DNA of 42,758 bases from Catajapyx aquilonaris (taxonomy: Eukaryota). Location: the NCBI GenBank assembly GCA_000934665.2, contig JYFJ02003376.1:1-42758 (forward strand). The letters run 5' to 3'. Of this stretch, positions 25,529-37,293 are shown one piece after another. Under the pieces are notes generated by a model. It worked only from the letters and a program-made list of their open reading frames with translations. It was not told where the DNA came from and searched no databases. The stretch's first letter is position 1. Every line of letters begins with the position of its first letter. The translations under genes and the position numbers were made by a program.

Positions 25529-27803
25529 TTACTCTCCAGTCATCATCTCCATGAACTCTGTAATCAGATAAAAATGTTATCAGAACAGGTCGGTTTAGAG
25601 TAGGTTCACACTGACGTCGTTTGTCGTTAGGTCGATGCTGTTGGCGTCATGGCTTCGAACATTTATACATTAATTAGGCCCTAATTAATATACGAAAACT
25701 TACCACGTGGTAAGCTGGACAAACAAACAAACTTTGCATTTTGTTTGTTCTTTGTTTGTCCAGGTTTTGGTTAACTCTATTAAAATAGTATCGATGAACT
25801 AATGGAGAAGTTCCTTTCATTACTTTCGATATTTGAGTATCCAGATCGATTTTCTGACAAGATATGGGAATATAAAGTACGTATCGATAATTAGATATCA
25901 GATATGATGAATGGCATATCGATAATATTAGATAACGTGAATGAACATATCGATAATATTAGATATTATGGATGGACATATCGATAATATTAGATATTAT
26001 GGATGGACATATCGATAATATTAGATAACGTGAATGAACATATCGATAATATTAGATGTTATGGATGGACATATCGATAATATTAGATAACGTGAATGAG
26101 CATTTCGATACGGTAATATTCGATATTATGAATGAGCATTTCGATACGGTAATATTCGATATTATGAATGAGCATATCGATTATATTAGATATTATGAAT
26201 GGACATATCGATAATATTAGTTAACGTGAATGAGCATATCGATAATGTTAGATATTATGAATGAGAATATCGATAATATTAGATATTATGAATGAGAATA
26301 TCGATAATATTAGATATTATGAATGAGCATATCGATAAATTTTAAATCGATTTTTGACTGGCATAATTGCAGGTCGATTTTGTATCAATGTGAATCAATA
26401 TATCGATAAGTTGCGTGATCGACCAACAGCAACGACCCCAAAGACCAAGAACAGCAACTCCCGTGTGAACACCCTAAATTCCGAAGACGTACCATCGAAG
26501 TCAACGGTTCCGGAGCCATCACTGTCAATCTCCTCGATCATTGCGTCCAGATCTGAGTTTGTAAGCTGATCGTCCAGCTCACGCATGATCTCACGGAGAC
26601 ACGAAGTTGGAATATAGCCATTTCCTGAGAGGGGGAGAGATAAGAAGGTACCATATTTCATACCCGTTGCCACACACTTGTTTACAGATTGCTAGATGGC
26701 ACCTCTCAAGTTTAATGAGAGTGGTTTGGATCCAGTTCAAATTGGCACGCCCAACAGTGCGTTTACACTATGAGATTCTTGCAGGTAAAAATAATGAGAT
26801 CAAAGTACCTTCTTTGTCGTAGAGACGGAAGGCTTCCTTCAACTCCTTGGCCATTGCTTCAGCATCGTCCTCCATCATGAACTTAGCGGCCAGAGTACAG
26901 AACTCATCGAACTCAAGCTGACCGGATCCTGAAAAATTTGACGAAATATTTATTTAATTTGTATAATTTTGCATAAATTTTTTTCCAGGTGATTTACCGT
27001 CAGCGTCCACTTCCTCGATGAGTTCTCTGAGGATCTTGTCGTTGAAGGCCTGACCCATCAGCCTGAGGATGGTGGCCACCATGTCGGTGGAAATGGAGCC
27101 CTTCTTGTCACGATCGAAGCTGTCGAAGGCCTTGCGCAGCACTGCAACAATACGGACATGTCTTGTTGTCACACACTATTAATTTATATTTAATTATTGC
27201 CTCTAACTACATTGGCATGATTCAGTAAGTAGAAAGACTCGAAATTGTCACAATGGACAGTTTAATAAAATGATGACAAAATTGTTGTGGATCAGGAGTG
27301 TTGATATTGACAATTTGTTGAACAATTGACAATAATTGACAATTAGTTGAACAATTGACAATAATAATTGAAGGGTCGCCCCGAATAATGTTGTAAGTGA
27401 TTATTTATTGGCAATTTTTGATCAATTTAACACTTGACTATTGACAATATATTTGTTGAACAATTGAACTGTTGAACAATTGAAATGTTGACAATAATAA
27501 TTGTTCAATATTGTTCAGCAAATTGTTATATTGTGAGACGGGCACAATTTTGGTGAAACTGGAGTGTTAATAATTTTTGACCATTGACCAATTGTGAGAT
27601 GGACACAATTGTTGTGAAACTGATTTGACACTACTATAATTGTCCAATTTGACAATATGAGTGACATGCATTGACAGTTTGAACAATTTTCAGTAATAGT
27701 GTACTCACTGGCGATCTGGTCCTTGTCAAGCTCCTCCTGCAAAAACAAGATGATGATTAATTAGTGCCATATGATCTACCCTTAACAACAGTGGACGTAC
27801 CAT
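25529..27803 (-). CDS. TpnC: Troponin C copy 4 (151 aa); complement(join(25529-25557,26493-26624,26809-26928,26998-27141,27709-27736,27801-27803))
   Basis: [25 protein letters not shown]...[29 protein letters not shown]...GNGYIPTSC...[20 protein letters not shown]. The first coding exon is ATG only (ATG|GTACGT). Confidence 0.94.
25880..26340. repeat. 31-bp minisatellite (ATATCGATAATATTAGATATTATGAATGAGC-like, ~14 units) in TnC4 intron 5
   Basis: ATCGATA occurs at 25918, 25949, 25980 and onward. Confidence 0.93.
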
Positions 27804-27870
27804 TGTTGTGTGAAAGAGGTGTGTGGTGCTTGATGAACTAACAAGAAGCAACTGGATGTCTAGGCGGCTG

Positions 27871-28004
27871 GAAGGCGACTGTGGCTCTGGAGGCTTTTAA
27901 CATCTCCTTTTTCCCAAGTCTAAATTTGGTATTTCCCCCCGTCATTTTGTGATGGGGATATACAAAGAGGGCTGCTTCTTGCTTGCCAATGTAGTCGATT
28001 GCGG
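27871..28004 (-). promoter_or_regulatory. TnC4 upstream conserved motif block
   Basis: GAAGGCGACTGTGG (27871), CTAAATTTGG (27920), ATGTAGTCGATTGCGG (27989-28004). Confidence 0.6.
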
Positions 28005-28481
28005 TGAGACCAGAAACGACACCACAAACCGCGTGGACCAGAATATTGTTCCTTGTGTTGAAACCAATGCTATAAAAATAATAGGAGCACCTGATGCTGT
28101 CGAGTATTGTTGCTAAACCACACTTGGAAGGAGGTGCGAAGAAGGTGCGATGAACTAGGAGGACAGGTGTTGCGACACCCTGGGTTAGTCTGATGCCAGA
28201 ATCTCATGTTTTATGGCGACGCTAATAGGCCGCAATGCTATTAATTACAAGTTCAATGAGTCATTCCGCACCTGAAGGTGTGCAAAAGGGCACGGAGTTC
28301 ATGTTATGCGCATTAGAAAACAATACATTGAGACGCAGCCTGGACAAACAAACAAACTTTACCTTTTATAATAAGTAATAGGTTTTTTTTCCAGTTTAAT
28401 TCAGATATGCCTAGCGTCCTACATTTAGGACACTCGTACAATTATTAGATTGTTAGATTATAAGCGAGTATTTATTTATTA

Positions 28482-28666
28482 CAGTTGAATCCGGATATAA
28501 CAGCCTCGGCTATATAACAGACTTTCGGTTACAACAGACTCGGCAAACCTCCATATATAGGCCCTATAGCTTTTGTATTCGGCTCTATCGGACCTTAGTT
28601 ATGACTTATTACAGACTTATTTCCGCTGTCCCTTGAAGTAGACTATGTTATATCAGGATTCAACTG
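28482..28666. mobile_element. Tc1/mariner-type MITE
   Basis: TIR CAGTTGAATCCGGATATAACA / TGTTATATCAGGATTCAACTG with TA flanks. Confidence 0.85.
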
Positions 28667-28799
28667 TATTAGTTATTAATTATTATAAGTCAGTAGTTAT
28701 TTTTCGTATTAGTTATTAGTAATTAGTACTATTAGTTGTTACTTATGAGTTTTATTAGTTAGTGGTAGTTATTAGTATTTAATCTGTTAATAATAGTCC

Positions 28800-28859
<60 letters not shown>

Positions 28860-28945
28860 AAACATAAGCATCATCTGCCCGATCCGGGGATCGAACTCGG
28901 GACCTCAGAGGCTGTGGTGCTAACCACTATGCCACCGTGTCGCCC
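28800..28945 (-). mobile_element. Short tRNA-derived SINE with (CAT)~20 tail
   Basis: Minus strand A box TGGCATAGTGG and B box AGTTCGATCCC, followed by the (GAT)n run at 28800-28859. Confidence 0.75.
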
Positions 28946-30107
28946 TTAATATGTTATTATTAGATATTGATTATTTATTTACGTATATTATTATCAGTGA
29001 TTTAAGTACCCGGCGGTAGGTAGTAATAAGTTTTTATTTTTTATTTTTAGTTATTAGTTACTGGTTAGTAATGTAGTAGTAAGTAGTTCATTTGCTCGTA
29101 TGTATATTTTAAAAATGAATCGAAAATAAAATTTATATGTGTGGGTTTGTAATCAGGAAGTTACAGTATTTTTTAATTATTTTATTTTATTTCGGCTTCG
29201 TTTACATTAGTGTACATTTAGTTGATTTAAATTTCTAAACTTCTTATAGGTAAAATCGACATGCTGCACTTACAAATTGGCATATTTATACATTTTATTT
29301 GTTTTTATTATTATTTGCATGATGCTACAGTATATTTAATTTCTGCGTTTTTATTGACACTTTTTATTTGATTTCCATTGGAGGTAAAAAGGACTTGCCG
29401 CATTCTCATGACGTGTGTGGTTGGGAACTTAAAAGCCAAGAATATTATTACTTGGCTTTTCTCGTGAAGGGAGGGGCATATTATAGTGGGGCAAAAATGT
29501 GTGGAAAGCAGTTACAATGTGCCGGCAGCGTAATGGGCTCAAGTCTATTCCTGGGGATGGGGCACCACATGCTGAGTATGTTAACAGGGCGTGTCCCCAC
29601 TGACCTTACAACCGTTTAAAATATAATAAGAAGTGTCATATACTGCATGTCAGGCGACCCGTCAAGGTGGTATAACCCGCAGGACGATACTTACTAAACT
29701 AGTATGATTAAAATGAAACCGATTTTGTGCTGTTGAATATTATGTGCGAGTGCGACATTTGCGACATTGTGTACAGTACGTCTCGGCTAATCCCAAGCAA
29801 ACTATGGGGATGGGGGGGGGGGGGGGNGGGGGGGTCAAGCTTTAAAAGCCACAGAAACTTTTAGAATAACCGTCCTTCCCTCGACCTTGCGCCATTACTT
29901 GCAAGTAAGATACTGTACATTGGCATACGTGTAACTACGCACACTCATGTGATGCATTGAAGCTCAACCTGCAATAATTTCAATAAAAATTAATACTAAA
30001 TACCGAAAAAGAAAATCGAACTAATAAATGAAAAATTGTAATAAGTACAATATATAGGCTACACAATTATAATTATTTAGATCGACAAAAATAAGTAAAT
30101 AAACAAA

Positions 30108-30272
30108 TCTCACATATATAAGGGAAAGTCAGTTCGTTCGTTTGCTTGTTCGTTCGTTGCGTCATTTGTTCGTTCGTTCGTCTGCAATATTGGTCTCCAT
30201 GACAGGCATTGATTGTTGTTGATTACATTACCACGAAAACAGGCCGTGCGAAGAACGGGTTCTACTGCTGAT
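30108..30272 (+). mobile_element. Short Helitron-like element with (GTTC/GTTT)n; relatives at ~24100-24241 (+), ~15019-15125 (-) and a 3' end at 1428-1455
   Basis: Shared 3' hairpin CCGT-GCGAAGA-ACGG followed by CTRR-like ends (e.g. ACCCGAGCAACGCCGGGTATCCTGCTAG|T at 1428-1456), with tetranucleotide microsatellites near the 5' end. Confidence 0.55.
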
Positions 30273-30770
30273 GGTAAATAAATAACGATCTAACAAACAA
30301 ACTATAACTAACTAACTGACTGACTAAATAAATAAATAAATAAATAAATAATTACTTGCGCAATATAGCCCGTCCTTCGTCGGGAAAACTGTACCGGACT
30401 ATAGTGGGTGCTGCATGTTCAGAAAGAAATCGCTAGATGGCGTACGCTCCTACTTTCCAAATTCTACTGGGCACGACATGACGGAGAAGAATATCCGCAG
30501 AATATTTCTTCTAACCCGCGTATTCCTCTCCGTCGGATGTTTGTCCGACCTGATAGTACCAGTCTCCCCGCACGGCTTGAGAGCGGCAGGAGTGTTCAGG
30601 GGAAGGGTGCGCCATCTATGCGTGAAGAATAGAGCTAGATGGTAAATCGGCCTCCAGAGTGGTACTATCATGTCGGACAAACATCCGATGGAGAGAATAA
30701 GCTGATTAGAAGTATTACATACAACCGATACACTCCTGCCACTCTCAGGGTCTGGCTGGGGGTAGTGGTA

Positions 30771-32747
30771 CTACATGCGCCTGGCTATAAATCGGATTCT
30801 TGTGGAAAATGTTACGTACACAAGTTCCAATACAAGTGCGACGGACGAACAGGACAGTCCGAGGTACCAGATCTTGAACATGGCCGAGAGTTTGGACACG
30901 GTCAGATGCTCGTCCAACAAACGGAGTGTCTCGTCTTGCTCTTCTTCGGCCCGGATATCCTTCAGACAGGACAGGAAGTTCATGTAGATCTCATCCTGCA
31001 CCATCTTGTCCACCAAATTGGTCTCGAGAAACACCCGCATCGCTGCATAAACCAGACGGTACAGAGCCAGGTTGCCTCTGGACACACCGACGTGGTTGTA
31101 CTTCGGAAACTTCTTCTCATCGCAGTACTTCAACTTCAACTCACCTCCGCTGGTTGTGTACCGGTACACCTCGCGCTCCATCAGGACGTTGATGCCGATG
31201 CAGACCACGTTCGTCTTGTGTGTCTTGTCATAGCAGCTTCGTATACTCTCGCACATCACCATCCGACGCATCATGGTGTGCAACACCGGGTCATCAGCCA
31301 TTGCCGCGTACTTCTGCAACACCAGGTAGTTCAAAGAGTTGGCTTCCACTGCCCAATTGGACGTCACAATTTCGTGCACCGTTGTTGGTACAAACTCCTT
31401 ACTAGGCCAGGTCAGAAACGAGACCAGTTTGGCCTTGTAGCCGACAGTGACCACGGTCACGAAGAAGAGGAAGGACGTGATCAGCGACAATGGGGCAGGT
31501 GACCCGAACGCGATTGGCTGGTCCAACAATGGACGAAACACGAGGGCAGCAGATCTGGCGATTGTCACATGTGACTCTGTCTGTCCGAGCCATCTATGTG
31601 AGGAGATTGGTACTGCAGCTTCGATCTGTGCCTCAGGTTGTCCAGGATCGGTCAGAAAATATCGGACGACAAGAGTGAACATGAACATGGTCGGAATGAA
31701 CAGTGACCAGAATATGATCGGGTACGGCTTGAATATGACTGTCCAGGTCACGACCCCGCGGGGCACTCGGGTCACTCCCAGACCATACGCGTAGATGTAC
31801 GGCTGTGCTGTCAGTTGGTACCGGTACGTTTCTTCGTCCGGAAATGAGACTGGGACAAGGTCAGTGTTGTTTCGGACAAGGTGTCCGACAAAACCTTCCC
31901 AAGATCCATTCGGATTGCGAAAGTTGATCTCGATGCTTTTGATGGACACCTCAATGTTGACCAGTGTTGCCCCCAGAAGTTCCTCAAAGACGACCTCACT
32001 TCTTTCGTGTAAGGTCAACGAGGTCTCGCCCATGACCTTCTTCCTTTGTCTGGCTCCAACAATGTCGATGTCACCATAGTAGCCCAACCGCACTGTTCTT
32101 CCGTTTGCGCTCCGAATTTTGGGGTCAAAAAAGGTCAGGGGGTCAATCTGGGTCATGAGGTCAAACTCACGGATGGGGTGAAACAGGTCATATCCATGTC
32201 TACCACAGTAGAAGCAGACTGTGCGCATCCGGATATGACCTGGTTGGTAAGTGGTGATGACCTTCTTCAAGATCGAGTGGGCAGGCGGATGAAAGGTCAT
32301 GACCTCTTCTAATGTCGGGTCAAGTGGGAGGTGGATCAGGAAAAGGTGCAGGGCTGGGTCTACTTTGACCTGAGATGCTGTTTGCATAAGGACACGTGGG
32401 AATGCGGATGAACTAGTGGGCAGGAGGAGGTGAAGGGTGCAGGTCAATCCAGGCCAAAGGTCAGATAAGAGGTCAGGCGAAACGGAGGTCCAGTCAAGGT
32501 CAGGCACATCATGGTGACCAATAGACACTACTGATGGGCCATACCTTTGTTGATGATGCGACATGACCTTTCCAAACGGGACAGTGTCCAGGTCACTCGA
32601 GGTCACCAACGAGCACGACTGCTTTTGCAGGATAGCCTGCACCAGTCGGGCCAACAGTACTTGCTCCTCTGGGTCAGAGGTCACCGATATATTGCTTCCA
32701 GTCACAATAGGAAGGAGCACCAGAAACAAGTGTCCGAACTTCTCCAT
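30771..32747 (-). CDS. Intronless divergent ionotropic receptor (IR, iGluR-related chemoreceptor), 658 aa
   Basis: Single long ORF with first ATG at 32747. It has a signal peptide (MEKFGHLFLVLLPIVTG), an S1-lobe motif NGSWEGFVGHLVRNNTDL, a first TM VIFKPYPIIFWSLFIPTM, a gating-helix homologue VGYKAKLVSFLT (cf. iGluR SYTANLAAFLT), an S2 end FLETNLVDKM, and a last TM LTVSKLSAMFKIWYLGLSCSSVALVLE. Confidence 0.9.
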   Translation of the reverse strand: MEKFGHLFLVLLPIVTGSNISVTSDPEEQVLLARLVQAILQKQSCSLVTSSDLDTVPFGKVMSHHQQRYGPSVVSIGHHDVPDLDWTSVSPDLLSDLWPGLTCTLHLLLPTSSSAFPRVLMQTASQVKVDPALHLFLIHLPLDPTLEEVMTFHPPAHSILKKVITTYQPGHIRMRTVCFYCGRHGYDLFHPIREFDLMTQIDPLTFFDPKIRSANGRTVRLGYYGDIDIVGARQRKKVMGETSLTLHERSEVVFEELLGATLVNIEVSIKSIEINFRNPNGSWEGFVGHLVRNNTDLVPVSFPDEETYRYQLTAQPYIYAYGLGVTRVPRGVVTWTVIFKPYPIIFWSLFIPTMFMFTLVVRYFLTDPGQPEAQIEAAVPISSHRWLGQTESHVTIARSAALVFRPLLDQPIAFGSPAPLSLITSFLFFVTVVTVGYKAKLVSFLTWPSKEFVPTTVHEIVTSNWAVEANSLNYLVLQKYAAMADDPVLHTMMRRMVMCESIRSCYDKTHKTNVVCIGINVLMEREVYRYTTSGGELKLKYCDEKKFPKYNHVGVSRGNLALYRLVYAAMRVFLETNLVDKMVQDEIYMNFLSCLKDIRAEEEQDETLRLLDEHLTVSKLSAMFKIWYLGLSCSSVALVLELVYVTFSTRIRFIARRM

Positions 32748-33569
32748 GTTGAACACCCAACTGTACTACGCACAACATTTTAAGGACATAATTACCCACA
32801 ATTATTTTGGAGGTAATGAGCGCTTAATGACATACAGTAAAAATGTAATAATATATAATTGTCTCAAATTAAGAGCCCGTTTTAGCCTGTGCGAGATTAG
32901 ATCACACTAAAGAGCTTTAATTGTTCGTGAATGAGTTATGCGTAAATTGACCCGTGTTTATAATGACAATTATGCCGTACTAATACGATAATTGCAAGTC
33001 ATTATCTAATTACGCCACAATATTGCCGCCATATTAGGCAATAACATAAATTATTCCGGGACTGTCCACGTAGTACCGTATCCCTCACATAAATGGAATA
33101 TCCTGGACAGCCAGAGGCACAGACTAAGCCAATTCTATACGATCAGATAATTTTTTTCGTCTGTTTTTAATTCCGACAAATTGACAATAATTGCTTTTCA
33201 CAAGGCCTGTATGACTTCTTGGAATGAAAGTTGCATAACCGGTTTTACTCTAGCAACAAGTATTCCTAGAAATCCGGGCATTTCGCAGATACTGACCTTT
33301 GTTAAATGTTAATGAATAAGGAAATGCAGTAGTAATATAGGTTTGAGAAACTTTAATGCTGGAATGAAAATAATTGACTTTTTAAACCGTACATAATTAT
33401 AAGAGTGCTGAGATTTTCATTATTTCCAATCCTGTTTCTTTCCAACGCTTCTTTCTTATATATTTTCTTCTTCAAGTTCAAAGTCCCTGAATCACTTAAC
33501 AAGTTGTGAGTTGTCCAAGGTTGTTGCATGCAGCACACACCTCTTTTCATTGCCTGAAGAGTCGCAGCC

Positions 33570-36292
33570 ATGTCCAGATCGTGTCTGATCGCTCTCCTCT
33601 TGCTGACCCTCGTTGGGGTCAATTTGGGGTCACCTATCCCGGACGATGTCCAGTCATCTCTGTCCATCGCTGACCTTCTGACTCAGAGGCAGAATGAACT
33701 GGCAGCATCTCGCAATTATCAACAGGTAATAATTAGGAAGACACTAATTGCTCTAAGTACTACTACCTTGAGACAAGTTTTTTCTAAGTACTGTGCATGT
33801 TTGCAAATTGCAATTACTGCTTACACGATAATACACTGGCACATATTCAACATTAAAAAAAAATTAAGTGATAACTACAGTAGGAGTAAGCTAACTTATG
33901 GGTTTCGGGAGGTGGCTTGTGTCCTTCGCAACCATATTAGCCCCGCCCCCTGCTGAGTGTAACCTGGAAATTATAACGATTGGTGGGGAAATATTATTTA
34001 ATTTAATTTAGTTTAAAAAATTAATAAGCAAATTTAACAAATTGCTAACGATATTCGTGCAGGTGAAAGAGGAATTCTTTGCTGCCTGCGGGACTGGAGA
34101 TTTGGAAGGGGTCAAGAGGTCGGTGTCAAAGGTCAAAGGTGGCGTGCAGGCCATGCTGGAGTGGCACAACAAGTGGCGCAATCCAGGGATGCACGTGGCT
34201 GCCTGGAGAGGTCACACGGAGGTGGTCAATTACCTCCTGAGCCAAGGATGGCCAGTTGACCAGAAGGGAAGGGAAGAGGCGACCCCTCTTGACTGGGCGG
34301 CCAAGGGAGGTCATCTGGACACCTCCCAGGCTCTCATCCAGGCTGGGGCAAAGGTCACGGCCAGAGACGAGCTAGGGAACGAGCCTGTCCACTGGGCAGC
34401 AGAAGAGGGTCACGTCCAGGTGGTGGACATGCTGGTGAAGGAAGGAGCCGGAGTGGAGGTCAAAGGTTGGAAAGGTCGCACCCCTCTGCATCTGGCCTCC
34501 ATGTACGGGCACCGGGAGCTGGTCAAGTTCCTGCTGTCCAAAGGGGCTGACCCAGGGGTCAAGGACGACGATGGTCAAACTCCACTGGATCTGACCATCA
34601 AAGAGCAGGAGTCCAGCGACCAACCTGAAGTGAGTATCATAATAATCGGCTTAGTTAGTTAGTTAGTCAGTTAGTCTGGTAGTTTGTTGGCCCGTTTTGT
34701 CTGTCTGTCTGTCTGCCTGTCTGTCTGTTTGCTTGTTTGTCCGTTTGTTTGTCTTTTAGTATGCGTGTCCTTTTGTTAGTTTTCTTGTCTGTTTGTTAGT
34801 TACTTAATCAGTCAGTCAGTCAGTTAGTTAGTGAGTTAGTTAGGTTGTATGTTTGTCCGGGGTGAGTCATCATCCCACTCAGCCCGGTACGGTAGTACTA
34901 TTACCCCTCGCACGACCCTGAGAATGGCAGAAGAATGCTCCGCCTATGAAAGGGGTGTGGTACTATACCTGATGGCTGGGTTGGGATGATGACTCGCCCT
35001 GGACAAACAAACAAACAGACAAACAAAGCGAAAAAAACTAACGAACAGGCAGACAAATACTCACGTATATTGTTTGTGTTTGTTTGTTTGTTTGTTTGTT
35101 TGTTTGTTTGTTTGTCCGGGTGAGTCATTACCTCAACGCAGCCATCAGGCAGTACCACTACCCCTCGTACTACCATGAGAGTGGCAGGAGGATGCGTCAC
35201 CTATGCGAGGGGTATGGTACTACCTGGCTGAGTTAAGGTGATGACTCAATCCAAACAAACAAACAAATGGACAAACAACTATATAGAAATAAACAAACGG
35301 ACGGACGGACGGACGGACGGACAGACATCCAGTGAGACAGACAGACAGACAAACAAATATTAACTACCAATCCTGACCTACAGATCAAAGCTGCCTTCCT
35401 GCGTGCCTGCACTGAGGGCAACCTGGATGAGGTCAAGGAGGCCGTGTCAAGGTCAGGGGGCATAGGGGCCGCCCTGGGTTGGTTGAACGAGTGGCATAAC
35501 CCTGGGATGCACGTGGCAGCCTGGAGAGGTTACCTGGACGTGGTGACCTACCTTTTGGAAAAGGGTTGGCCTGTTGACCAGCCTGGAAGGGGCGGGAGGA
35601 CACCACTATTTTGGGCAGCCAAGGGAGGTCATCTGGCCACATGCAAGGTGCTGATTCAGAAGGGGGCAAAGGTCGGGGCCAGAGACGATTTCGGTGACCA
35701 ACCAGTGCACTGGGCTGTCGAAGGTGGTCAGCTGCCAGCCCTTGACCTCCTGTTGGGTGAAGGGTCAGAGGTCAACTCGGTCGGATGGAAGGGACGGACT
35801 CCACTGCATCTGGCAGCCAAGGACGGAAGGGCTGACCTCGTCCAGCTTCTGGTGTCAAAGGGCGGTGACCCAGGGGTCAAGGACGCAGAAGGTCACACTC
35901 CAGTGGACGTCGCGAAGGAGACGGGAAAACGAGATGTTCTGGCCATTTTGGAAGTCAGATCTTCGCAATTTTAAACTTTGGAAATTCTTTGTATCAAAAA
36001 TATTTTGCAATAAAAATTTCAGCCCTGAATACAATTTATTATTTAATGTTTAGCGATTGGTTAATGATATACCATAAACCAAAATAATTGTCAAAAATAT
36101 TAGTACCGATGTGGCTATAGGCACTGCAAACAATGACAACAATATTATTTTCTCTTGGGGTGTGATTGTTATGATGACGTTAATTCCAATCATGAATAAT
36201 TAGTTTTTTTAAATGGAAATGTGTGACCCATCTGTTAGGTGAAATATTATTTCCTTCTTCCGGTTTTGTTGTTTCAGACCACAACGTGGTGA
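33570..36292 (+). CDS. Predicted secreted ankyrin-repeat protein A (~435 aa, 2 ANK modules); join(33570-33725,34063-34629,35384-35953,36278-36292)
   Basis: Exon 1 encodes a signal peptide (MSRSCLIALLLLTLVGVNLG-SPIP). Exons 2 and 3 each encode ~190 aa with G-x-TPLH-x-A-x-x-x-G-H ankyrin repeats. All introns are phase 0 GT-AG. The short last exon (TTTW*) is followed by AATAAA at 36345 and is less certain. Confidence 0.85.
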
Positions 36293-36469
36293 CGCTGTGG
36301 TCATACTTCCTGTGTTGTGTCCTGGTTTGCTGGTTATTATACGGAATAAATTAACCGTATAAAACTGTCCAATAAATTAATAGCAAAATGGCAATAATAA
36401 ATCGTATAAAAATAAAATAAAATTGCGTACACTTGCAAAAACAAATTGAATGCAATTACACTAAATTAA

Positions 36470-36740
36470 ATGCAGAAAATTGCAATAAATTCTTTGCAGA
36501 AGATTGCAATAAATTATTTGCAGACAATTGCAATAAATTATTTGCAAAAAAATGCAATAAATTATTTGCAGAACAATACAATAAATCAAACACAAAGTTC
36601 AAATAAATTCACTGCATAAAACCTCTCTACAGTATAATAATAGGAAAATGCAATAAATTAATAACAGCAAATGCAAAAAAATAATTGCAAAAAATTGCAA
36701 TAAAGTCATTGCATAAAATATATTATTGCAATAAATTAAG
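36470..36740. repeat. Degenerate ~23-bp tandem repeat (TTGCAATAAATTATTTGCAGA)
   Basis: Visible periodic GCAATAAA. Confidence 0.7.
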
Positions 36741-37293
36741 TCGTACTTGCAAAAATGCAGTATGTGTACTGTACGAGGCAGCCTTTACTGCAGTAAGCCT
36801 ATGTTTTTTCTGCAAATTATTATTTACCTTTCCAATATACTGCTGATGTTTACAACTACTTGCAAAATATGCGTCAAAGACAACACCACAAATTAATCAA
36901 AACGTCATCGTTACGAGGAATCCTGTAGTTCCCCCTGCTAACCAGTTTAGCAACTGCGCAAATTCTAAGAAATCGCAAGGGGGAAAAAAACTACACCTTG
37001 ATCATATTGTACGTGACCACATCTTTCCTGTACTACTCGATATGACGCCGTATCGCCACTTCAAAGGTCACTTAGTAAGCAACGAGTGTCCTTCCAGAGC
37101 TGGACCATTATTCAGGAGGTCAGGTGGGGGGCAAGGTCACCGCTGCTTCCATAGACAAAAACAGGTTTGCGCAGGTGTCTGGCACGTGATCTTCATTTTA
37201 AACTAGCGGCTTCTTAGTAGCAGCTTCTTCGGTTGGATTGTTAATATTTTGACCTCTGCCGGTGACCAGTTCAACAGCCGGGCAGTGCCAAGC

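Noticed and set aside
4317..27803. One TnC gene with mutually exclusive duplicated exons, or calmodulin genes
   Set aside because: Each copy has its own ATG exon, a full ordered exon set and a stop. Degenerate loops I and III and the overall sequence fit troponin C, not calmodulin.
28875..28945. tRNA genes here and at ~6055-6130 and ~11755-11830
   Set aside because: A and B boxes are present, but I could not build complete cloverleaves, and each has a SINE-type body or tail.
29812..29834. Poly-G tract as a G-quadruplex element
   Set aside because: It contains an N at 29827, so the homopolymer length is unreliable.
30639..31502. 287-aa plus-strand ORF
   Set aside because: Antisense shadow of the IR coding sequence; it begins in repeat DNA and has no recognisable motif.
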